Both the position numbers and the translations under genes were made by a program. Under the pieces are notes generated by a model. It made no database searches, was not told where the DNA came from, and was given only the letters and a program-made list of their open reading frames with translations. A DNA stretch of 64,000 nucleotides from Desulfobacterales bacterium (GTDB lineage: Bacteria > Desulfobacterota > Desulfobacteria > Desulfobacterales > JAHEIW01), in NCBI GenBank assembly GCA_050116835.1, contig JASFNW010000003.1:6483-70482 (forward strand). The letters are read 5' to 3'. This document shows, one piece after another, positions 56,672 through 64,000 of this stretch. How positions within the stretch are numbered: position 1 is the first letter of the stretch; the number at the start of each line of letters is the position of its first letter.

Positions 56672-57135
56672 TATTTTTCTTCATGGGTTCAGGCGTGTTC
56701 GATTCAGGTGTTAACAAATCTAATGGGTCAAAAATCGCTTGTCAATCAGTCTTTTCCAATTAAAAATACTTGACAACTATAGGCATCCCAGATATCGCAA
56801 CCGCACAGTTTAGTTCCAGCGGACAGTTGTCAGAGGGAGATATCAGAAGACAGATGATAGATGACGGAAGCTTCAGGCATGAACGATAATATGGCAGATC
56901 AAGCTTTTCTTCTGTCTAATGTCTTAGGTTATCTTTCATGCTGATGGCCTCTGGCGCTGGCATCCTGCTATCGGAAAACAATCATGAGCGCTTTGCCAGT
57001 AGACAGTCTGCGGCGAACTCAGCTGAAGCGAAGCGAGCAGCCAGCAACAAAAGAAATAGGACCCTGAACCCTTAACCCTGCGTGCCGCGCCATAGCCCGA
57101 AGGGCGACGGCGGGAACCTTTGAACCTTCGTAAAG

Positions 57136-58329
57136 ATGCCAATACCAACGCCCTTTCACGACAGAACCGCTGCCTTGTGCACCAGTTATCAATGGGCTGA
57201 TTGGGCCGGTTATTGCGCCGTGTCTTCCTATAAGCTGCCCAATGACGGCGAATACTACAGCCTGCGTCATGCTGCCGGCATAATGGATATCAGCCCGCTT
57301 TTTAAATACGAAGTGAGCGGACCGGATGCGGCTGCGTTTTTGTCCCGCGTCATGACCAAAAATATTGAAACCATTCCCGTCGGCCGCGCGGGTTATTGCT
57401 GCTGGTGTGATGATTTCGGCAAAATGATCGATGATGGAACTGTGTTTCGTTTGGGTACAGATTGCTTGCGCGTTCATACCGCTGAGCCGATGTTGGCATG
57501 GTTCAACCAGTTTAACCGCGGGTTTGATGTCATTGTCAAAGATATCAGCGCCGATATTGCTGCGGTTGCGATTCAGGGGCCGACAGCCCGTGAAATTTTA
57601 AAACAGGTCTCCGATATCGATCTGGACGCACTGGCGTATTATAGCGTGGTGAGCGCTCAAATAGATCAGTCGCCGGTGCTGATATCGCGCACCGGATATA
57701 CCGGTGATTTGGGATATGAGCTGTGGGTTGAAAATGCAGATGCCCTGTCCCTTTGGGATACCCTGATGGCCGCCGGAAAGCCTTATTTATTACAGCCTTT
57801 TGGACTGGATGTTCTGGATATTGCCCGGATCGAGGCCGGCCTTATTTTGAATGGCGTCGAGTTTCACAATGCAGCCCATTGCCTGGTTGAATCACAAAAA
57901 TCGACACCCTATGAGCTGGGACTGGGCTGGACAGTCGACCTCCATCGAGAACCTTTTTGCGGTCAGCGAGCGCTGATCGCCGAGCAGGCGACCGGGTCTC
58001 GGCTTGCCCTCGTCGGGCTTGAGCTGGACTGGGATGAACAGGAAGCGCTTTATGCCGAACATGGCCTGCCCGTCCAGGTGCATCCTGGCGCCTGGCGAAA
58101 CGGCGTGCCGGTTTATGATGATAAGGGCAGGCGCCAAATTGGCAAAGCCACCAGCGGTGCCTGGTCACCCCTGGTCAAAAAAAATTTGGCGCTGGCATCG
58201 GTGGAAGTGCCTTACGCCAAGGCCGGGACGATGCTCAAAATCGAATATACCGTGGAATACCAGCGCAAAACCATCACCGCGGAGGTCGCTAAAATGCCAT
58301 TTTATAATCCCGAGCATAAGAGGCGCTAA
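57136..58329 (+). CDS. aminomethyltransferase (GcvT) family, folate-binding protein
   Basis: 397 aa with the GcvT-family pattern (HAAGIMDISPL.KYEVSGPDA..FL, TGYTGDLGYELW). Confidence 0.8.
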   Translation: MPIPTPFHDRTAALCTSYQWADWAGYCAVSSYKLPNDGEYYSLRHAAGIMDISPLFKYEVSGPDAAAFLSRVMTKNIETIPVGRAGYCCWCDDFGKMIDDGTVFRLGTDCLRVHTAEPMLAWFNQFNRGFDVIVKDISADIAAVAIQGPTAREILKQVSDIDLDALAYYSVVSAQIDQSPVLISRTGYTGDLGYELWVENADALSLWDTLMAAGKPYLLQPFGLDVLDIARIEAGLILNGVEFHNAAHCLVESQKSTPYELGLGWTVDLHREPFCGQRALIAEQATGSRLALVGLELDWDEQEALYAEHGLPVQVHPGAWRNGVPVYDDKGRRQIGKATSGAWSPLVKKNLALASVEVPYAKAGTMLKIEYTVEYQRKTITAEVAKMPFYNPEHKRR

Positions 58330-58333
58330 TTGT

Positions 58334-59953
58334 ATGGATCCAATCGCACCCCCGTTTCATTCTGATATCCCGACAAAAAGTTATGATGCCATTGTCGTCG
58401 GAGGCGGTCATAATGGACTTGTCTGCGCAGCATATCTGGCAAAAGCCGGCAGGAAAGTACTGGCATTGGAAAATAGACATATCCTGGGGGGAGCGGCTGC
58501 CAGCGATGAGATATTTCCGGGTTTTACTTTTTCGGTTTATTCCTATGTCGTCAGCCTGTTTCGTCCGCATATCGTCCGTGAACTCGAACTTACCCGGCAC
58601 GGCTACCAGGTCATCCCGCTGGAATGCACATTCACACCGTTTCCCGACGGGGAATCCATGACGCGCTGCGGTGACCCGGAGGCCACCCGACGCGAAATCG
58701 CACGCTTCAGTCCAGCCGATGCGGAAATGGCGCCGCGCTTTTCTTTAGCCATGACGCAAATGGCCCGTTTTATAAAACACATGATAGACTCACCGGCCCC
58801 GGATCCGGCCGCTTTGAGAATCAACGAACTGCTCAAATTGTTCGGTTTGGGACGCCGCTTCAAATCACTGGCCGACGGCGATAAATATATTTTCACCAAA
58901 ATGATGACCATGAGTGCCGTTGAGTTTTTACGTTTGTGGTTTGAATCCGATCGTTTGATCGGGCCCATGTCGGTCAGCGGCATCATCGGCACCTTTTTAG
59001 GCGTGCGCTCTCCGGGAACGGCTTATGTCCTGCTGCACCATTATATGGGTGAAATCGACGGTGCCTTTCGCTCATGGGGACTTTCCAAGGGCGGCACAGG
59101 TGGCGTCAGCCTGGCCTGCGCGCGCGCTGCTCGATCATACGGCGCCGACATACGCACCGAAGCGGCAGTGGAAAAAATTATCTTAAAGCAGGGAAAAGCC
59201 GTCGGCGTCGTCGTTCGCGGCGGGCATGAAATCAAAGGTCAGACCGTCATCTCGGCTGCCGATGCCCATCAAACTTTTTTCAAGCTGGTGGGTGAACAGC
59301 ACTTGGATGCTGATTTTGTACAACGGCTGAGGCGCTTTAAATACAGAGGCAGTTCCGCCAAAGTGAATCTGGCTGTGGACCGTCTGCCGGATTTCAGCAG
59401 CAAACCGGGGGACGGGCCCCATCTGCGCGGCGATATCACCATTGCTCCGGGTGTCGAGTACCTGGAAAAAGCCTATGATGACGCCAAATACGGCGATTTT
59501 TCAGAACACCCCTTTTTGGATATCGTTATCCCCTCTTTGACCGATCCCACCATCGCGCCGCCGGGCAAACACGTGATTTCGATTTTCGTTCAATATGCAC
59601 CCTACCACATAAAAGAAGGCGCCGCCCAGTGGCCGACAAAACGGGAAGCTCTTGGAGATACAGTCGTCGATACGCTGGCCGAATACTGTCCGAGACTAAA
59701 AGACAGCATTCTGCACCGTCAGGTCGTCACACCCTGGGATCTGGAGCAAGATGTGGGATTGACCGAGGGCAATATTTTTCAGGGCGAATTGAGCCTTGAG
59801 CAGTTGGGCCCGTTTCGCCCGGTTTCCGGCTGGTCGCGCTATCAGACGCCCATCGATAATCTCTGGATGTGCGGTTCCTGCGTTCACCCGGGCGGCGGTA
59901 TCATGGGCGCTCCCGGCGAACTGGCAGCCAAGTCATTACTTAAGTCTATTTAA
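58334..59953 (+). CDS. CrtI/phytoene-desaturase-family NAD(P)/FAD-dependent oxidoreductase
   Basis: The start ATG 58334 lies 5 nt after the GcvT-like stop. Contains YDAIVVGGGHNGLVCAAYLAKAG...LE....GG and the C-terminal motif CGS..HPGGGI.G.PG. Confidence 0.82.
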   Translation: MDPIAPPFHSDIPTKSYDAIVVGGGHNGLVCAAYLAKAGRKVLALENRHILGGAAASDEIFPGFTFSVYSYVVSLFRPHIVRELELTRHGYQVIPLECTFTPFPDGESMTRCGDPEATRREIARFSPADAEMAPRFSLAMTQMARFIKHMIDSPAPDPAALRINELLKLFGLGRRFKSLADGDKYIFTKMMTMSAVEFLRLWFESDRLIGPMSVSGIIGTFLGVRSPGTAYVLLHHYMGEIDGAFRSWGLSKGGTGGVSLACARAARSYGADIRTEAAVEKIILKQGKAVGVVVRGGHEIKGQTVISAADAHQTFFKLVGEQHLDADFVQRLRRFKYRGSSAKVNLAVDRLPDFSSKPGDGPHLRGDITIAPGVEYLEKAYDDAKYGDFSEHPFLDIVIPSLTDPTIAPPGKHVISIFVQYAPYHIKEGAAQWPTKREALGDTVVDTLAEYCPRLKDSILHRQVVTPWDLEQDVGLTEGNIFQGELSLEQLGPFRPVSGWSRYQTPIDNLWMCGSCVHPGGGIMGAPGELAAKSLLKSI

Positions 59954-60117
59954 TTATTATGGGTTATTGGCTATTCGTGGGCAGTGCTATTTTCCAGCTA
60001 GCAGAGGACAGACTGTCTGACAAATATGCCATTTGTTCCATCTGACTTCTGTCGTCTGACCTCGGTCATCTGATAATTATTACCCTAATAAGGGAAATAA
60101 AGAATCACCGTTAACTT

Positions 60118-61674
60118 ATGAATACATCAACTAACAACACCTACGATGTGATTGTGATCGGTGCCGGACACAACGGTTTGACCGCCGCTGCCCTGCTCGC
60201 AAAGGCGGGTCGCAAGGTCCTGGTCCTCGAAAGGCGCAGTACCATCGGCGGCCTGGCGGCCGGCGAGGAATTTCACCCGGGATACCACACCACCGGCGTT
60301 TTGCACGATAGCGGCCAGGTTCGGGCTCCGGTTGTCAGGCGCCTTGATTTAACGTCACACGGCTTGGAAATCCGCCCGGGAAGGCCATCCTTTCTGGCAT
60401 TGGACTCTGAAGATCAGGGCATGCTTCTGGGTCCCAAAGAGCACCGCACAGCCAAAGAAATTCATTCTTACTCACCTGAAGACGCCAAACAATATCGCCG
60501 GTACCGCAAATTTATCCGGCAGGTTGCCGGGGTGGTCAATCGCTTTTTCGACCAAATTCCGCCGGCAACCGATTCGTCGGATGGGCGCACGCTATGGGAT
60601 CTTTTTAAAACCGGTTTTGCGCTGCGGCGCCTGGGTAGGTCCACCATGCTGGATTTGATGCGCATTGCCCCCATGTGTGTCGCTGACTGGCTCAATGAAT
60701 GGTTTGACAATAGCCGTCTAAAAGCCGCACTGGCCGGAACCGGATTAAGCGGCAATTTTACCGGCCCCTGGAGCCCCGGTTCTGCATTTAACCTGCTTTT
60801 GTGGGAGTGCACCGCCGGATACAGGATCGAAGGCGGTCCGCGCTCGTTGATTGCTGCTCTTGAAAAGGCGGTTCTATCCCAGGGGGCCGAGATTCGAACC
60901 GATGCTCAAGTTAATGAAATCCGTGTTGACGATGGACAGACCAAGGGGGTAGTGTTAAAAAACGGCGAGTCGATTCAGGCCGCCATCGTAGCAGCATCCT
61001 GCGACCCCCGGCATACTTTTTTGGATCTTGTGCCGGCTAGGCAGATTGAAAGCTGGCAGGAACATCGCATGCAGCATATCCGCGGTGTCGGCACGACCGC
61101 CAAAGTAAATCTGGCGCTGAATATATCACTCGAATTTAAGAGCCGTGCGGGCGAAAAAATTGCTTTTGCACGCACAGGCCATCACCTCGACCACCTCGAA
61201 AAAGCGTTTGACGCCTGCAAGTACGGCCGGTTTTTAACCGACCCCATCCTTGATATCCATATTCCCTCCGTATCAAATCCGGATCTGGCTCCAGCGGGGC
61301 ACAGCGTGGTTTCGATTCTGGTGCAGTTTGTGCCCTATCGGTTACAAACGCGCTGGGACCGTGACCAAACTGAAAAGCTGGGAGATACGGTCGTCCATAC
61401 CTTGGAACAGTATGTGCCCGGTCTGACCGATGCAGTTGTTGCCCGCCAAGTGCTGTCTCCGGTTGATCTGGAACAGCGCTATGGTCCGGTGCAAGGGCAT
61501 ATCCTGCACGCCGAGCACGCCCTGGATCAGTTGATCTTAAGACCCACACCGGAATGTGCTCGCTACCGCACAGCAATCGACGGTTTGTACCTGTGCGGCA
61601 GTGGCAGCCACCCGGGCGGCGGCATCACCTGCGGCCCGGGCGCCCTGGCTGCCTCTGTTATCGCACAAGCCTAA
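60118..61674 (+). CDS. second CrtI-family NAD(P)/FAD-dependent oxidoreductase (paralog)
   Basis: 518 aa that is colinear with the preceding ORF (YDVIVIGAGHNGLTAAALLAKAG, CGSGSHPGGGITCGPG). Confidence 0.82.
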   Translation: MNTSTNNTYDVIVIGAGHNGLTAAALLAKAGRKVLVLERRSTIGGLAAGEEFHPGYHTTGVLHDSGQVRAPVVRRLDLTSHGLEIRPGRPSFLALDSEDQGMLLGPKEHRTAKEIHSYSPEDAKQYRRYRKFIRQVAGVVNRFFDQIPPATDSSDGRTLWDLFKTGFALRRLGRSTMLDLMRIAPMCVADWLNEWFDNSRLKAALAGTGLSGNFTGPWSPGSAFNLLLWECTAGYRIEGGPRSLIAALEKAVLSQGAEIRTDAQVNEIRVDDGQTKGVVLKNGESIQAAIVAASCDPRHTFLDLVPARQIESWQEHRMQHIRGVGTTAKVNLALNISLEFKSRAGEKIAFARTGHHLDHLEKAFDACKYGRFLTDPILDIHIPSVSNPDLAPAGHSVVSILVQFVPYRLQTRWDRDQTEKLGDTVVHTLEQYVPGLTDAVVARQVLSPVDLEQRYGPVQGHILHAEHALDQLILRPTPECARYRTAIDGLYLCGSGSHPGGGITCGPGALAASVIAQA

Positions 61675-61738
61675 TTACGGGAGAGGTCCATGATGCCCGC
61701 TTGTCTTTCCACCGCCGATCGGATTTGGGGTATTGACG

Positions 61739-62824
61739 CTAAAACCATTTTTTGCGCTTGAAATAAACAAGCATGGAAACCGCCGTGGCGATCATCAGCA
61801 GCCAGACCGTTGGATACATGAATTTGAAATGGAGCTCCGGCATAAATTCAAAATTCATACCGTAAACTCCAGCGATAAATGTCAGGGGAATAAAAGTGGC
61901 GGCAAAAATCGTGAGGACCTGCATCACTTCATTCATTTTGTAGCTGACCATTGACAGATACCCGTCCAACATACCGGCGGCCAGTTCGCGAAAACTGATA
62001 ATCGTATCTTTTACCTGCATAAAATGATCGTTAACATCGCGAAAAAAAACACGGGTGTCGTCAGTTATCAGCAATACCTCTTCTTTCATCATCCCGGACA
62101 AGGCCTCACGCAGAGGTAAAACGGCTCTTAAAAAAAGCAATAAATCCCGTTTGAGCGTTTGTAATTCGTGGATCAGGACCGAGTCGGATTTTTCACTCAA
62201 TTCTATTTCCAAACGCTCGATGTGCTCACCAAACTTTTCTACAACGGCATAATAGTGATCGACGATCAGATCAACGAGGCGATAGGCCAGATAATCACAG
62301 CCGCTTGTGCGCACCCGCCTGTTTTCGGTCTGCAGCTGTTTTCGAACCGCGTCAAAAACATCGCCGGGCTCTTCCTGAAAAGAAATTAGAAAGTGTTTTC
62401 CGAGGATCAGACTGACATTTTCTTTATGAAAGGATTCTTTTTCATTCGAATAAGTAATCATTTTAAGCACGATAAAAATATAGTCATCGTATGCTTCAAA
62501 TTTTATCCGCTGCCTGGGGTTGACAATGTCTTCTAAAACAAGCGGGTGAATATCGAATAATTGTCCGATCTCGGCCACAAGGTCCGTATCGGTAATGCCT
62601 GCCACGTTGATCCAGCTGTTTGTCGGGCTGTCTTTAAGTTCGCGGAGGTCAGCGGTTGTCTTAATCTGCCGTTGTTCATAGGTCTTGTGATCAAAATCAA
62701 TCAATGTAATCTCGGTGGGCCTGGCCGGTTTTTCATCAAAAGAAGTCAATGTGCCCGGCGACTGTCCGATCTTACTGGATTTTTTCTGGTAAAGTCTCAG
62801 CGGTATGCTTTTCATTTTTCGCAT
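61739..62824 (-). CDS. corA: magnesium/cobalt transporter CorA
   Basis: Has the YGMNFEFMPEL (GMN) motif before the last TM helix. ATG 62824 lies 6 nt after a GGAGGA SD. Confidence 0.9.
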   Translation of the reverse strand: MRKMKSIPLRLYQKKSSKIGQSPGTLTSFDEKPARPTEITLIDFDHKTYEQRQIKTTADLRELKDSPTNSWINVAGITDTDLVAEIGQLFDIHPLVLEDIVNPRQRIKFEAYDDYIFIVLKMITYSNEKESFHKENVSLILGKHFLISFQEEPGDVFDAVRKQLQTENRRVRTSGCDYLAYRLVDLIVDHYYAVVEKFGEHIERLEIELSEKSDSVLIHELQTLKRDLLLFLRAVLPLREALSGMMKEEVLLITDDTRVFFRDVNDHFMQVKDTIISFRELAAGMLDGYLSMVSYKMNEVMQVLTIFAATFIPLTFIAGVYGMNFEFMPELHFKFMYPTVWLLMIATAVSMLVYFKRKKWF

Positions 62825-62849
62825 GATTCGTCCTCCTATGGTCGTTGTC

Positions 62850-62881
62850 AAAAAAACGTTCCGATTGCAGAACGTTTTTTT
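62850..62881 (-). terminator. intrinsic-terminator-like hairpin in the corA leader (candidate attenuator)
   Basis: On the minus strand, an AACGTTC-TGCAATCG-GAACGTT stem-loop is followed by a U7 run. It ends 25 nt upstream of the corA ATG. Confidence 0.55.
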
Positions 62882-63295
62882 GCGACAACACTTATGCCGC
62901 CATCCTTTTTTCGGAACATTTCAATGACAAGCGGTATAAATATGGGGGGCAACATATAAAGCGGCCCTCGTAATCTTAAAAGATGCAACTGGAAAAATAA
63001 AGACAACCTAAAACCAATGGATGCTGGCCACGGTGATAGAGGGTTCAATTGGCACAATGCATATGCAAATCTTGTCCATTTTGCAAGGACCGGAGTCGGA
63101 CATAACGGATCTGAATCGATATTACTGACAGATCGATATGCATCGAGCTGTTGGGGCATAACTATGGAGAGTGGGTCAAATCCCATGCCCGGGCAATTAG
63201 ATGATGAGTGGCTGGATTGGGATTCAAAAAATAAATTACAATAAAATATTTTGCCCGAAAAACAATAACTAATTGATATTTCTAATAATTTTATG

Positions 63296-63324
63296 TTGAC
63301 ATCCCTTTTGATAATTCATATCAA
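63296..63324 (+). promoter_or_regulatory. sigma70-like promoter (TTGACA-17 nt-TATCAA)
   Basis: TTGACA lies at 63296-63301 and TATCAA at 63319-63324, upstream of the RHH-domain ORF in an AT-rich region. Confidence 0.5.
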
Positions 63325-63377
63325 TCTTGCTGAACAGTTCTTGCATTCATTTAAGGTTATAAAACAACGTTAGAGCC

Positions 63378-63923
63378 ATGAATCCCGAAGAGAAACCATT
63401 TAAAAAGGATCAAAAATCGATTTCGATCAAGATCTCGGCGGCCTTGAAGCGCAAACTGGACATCAGAAGAAGAAAGACCGGAGAAACTCAGAGCGAAATC
63501 ATTGAACGGGCAATTTCGGAATTTCTGGCGGCCAGGCAGGAACTGGAGCAGCATCACTTCCGACAGAAATTAATGACCCAACAGCTGCATGACATCGCCA
63601 ACGATCTGAGAAGAGTTGTGCAAAAAATCGATAAAGTTGCCCCTGAACAGGAACCGCGCGACCGCAAAAGTCCAAACGTGATATTGATCGGTAAAAAACA
63701 CCCCTGGCACAATCATCCCCAGAAAAAAAAAATTTTTCAGATCGTCAAAGATATGCATCGCGTTGGCGCCAATCTGACAATGATCGCATCTGCCCTAAAT
63801 CTTGAAGGATTACAGACGTTTAGTCAGAATGGCCAATGGAGGGCGGCGGATATCGAGAAGATCGTTACAGAAATAAAGAAAGAGCGTGATTATGTACCGC
63901 CACTCTATTCCTTGCCTGAATAA
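63378..63923 (+). CDS. ribbon-helix-helix (CopG/Arc-like) protein with C-terminal recombinase-type DNA-binding segment
   Basis: The N-terminus ISIKISAALKRKLDIRRRKTGETQSEIIERAISEFL has an RHH pattern. The C-terminus MIASALNLEGLQTFSQNGQWRAADIEKIV resembles the helix segment of serine-recombinase 'recombinase' domains. Confidence 0.6.
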   Translation: MNPEEKPFKKDQKSISIKISAALKRKLDIRRRKTGETQSEIIERAISEFLAARQELEQHHFRQKLMTQQLHDIANDLRRVVQKIDKVAPEQEPRDRKSPNVILIGKKHPWHNHPQKKKIFQIVKDMHRVGANLTMIASALNLEGLQTFSQNGQWRAADIEKIVTEIKKERDYVPPLYSLPE

Positions 63924-64000
63924 CGTCGGCTCTTAATTGTTGGCGCCGTCGACAGCAACAGAAAATAGCACAGCTGCCCGCAACGAAAATGCAAACAAGA

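Noticed and set aside
62881-63200. M-box (ykoK) Mg2+ riboswitch in the corA leader.
   Set aside because: None of the conserved M-box core strings that I can recall were found on the minus strand. The region is kept only as an unclassified attenuator candidate.
62848-63244. ORFs 62848..63186 (minus strand, 112 aa) and 63017..63244 (plus strand, 75 aa) in the corA upstream region.
   Set aside because: The two ORFs overlap each other, have no SD and show no family signal. The minus-strand ORF reads through a terminator hairpin. The region is treated as non-coding leader.

Overview
This 64 kb chromosomal window is densely coding, with about 58 supported CDSs. No rRNA genes, tRNA genes, CRISPR arrays, transposases or prophage genes were recognised. 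The gene content suggests a strictly anaerobic, Desulfobacterales-like deltaproteobacterium; this is inference only, because no database search was possible. The suggestive genes are NuoEF-type flavin/Fe-S modules, tungsten aldehyde:ferredoxin oxidoreductase, PPi-dependent phosphofructokinase, an AhbA/B-like protein, a candidate selenoprotein and abundant low-complexity intergenic repeats.

Gene content in order:
- An HU paralog, clpS, and an RseC-like gene.
- A minus-strand operon nuoE-like / DRTGG / nuoF-like / RnfB-GltD fusion.
- A long plus-strand run: purine nucleoside phosphorylase, two tandem MtaD-type deaminases and adenine deaminase.
- A seven-gene sensory module: DRTGG, GHKL Ser-kinase-like, HydS-like [FeFe]-hydrogenase homolog, DRTGG, PHP, GHKL ATPase, 2Fe-2S ferredoxin.
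- mtnA, an AhbA/B-like gene, a B12-radical SAM gene, pepA, an MBL hydrolase and a QueG-like Fe-S protein.
- hisD, aor, and a thiolase/FadB-like pair.
- A LysM lipoprotein plus a Ser/Thr kinase.
- An S1P-lyase-like decarboxylase plus an FGGY kinase plus an HD-GYP protein.
- pfp, an amino-acid ABC transporter, smc, ftsY, a second HU paralog, acyP, ligA and a nucleoside phosphorylase.
- A GcvT-like gene plus two CrtI-family flavoproteins, corA, and an RHH regulator.

Most notable observations:
1. An in-frame TGA sits exactly at the first Cys of the RnfB-type Fe-S motif of the GltD fusion. It has an upstream SD/ATG and a downstream hairpin, so it is a candidate selenocysteine.
2. The HydS-like / kinase / DRTGG / PHP signalling module has no catalytic hydrogenase nearby. 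It lies a few kb from a Stn/Bfu-like NuoEF-GltD operon that also carries a DRTGG gene.
3. Several families of structured or low-complexity intergenic repeats are present, along with two candidate RNA elements: a rod-like RNA upstream of smc and a terminator-type leader upstream of corA.

All family assignments rest on motifs read by eye in the supplied translations.
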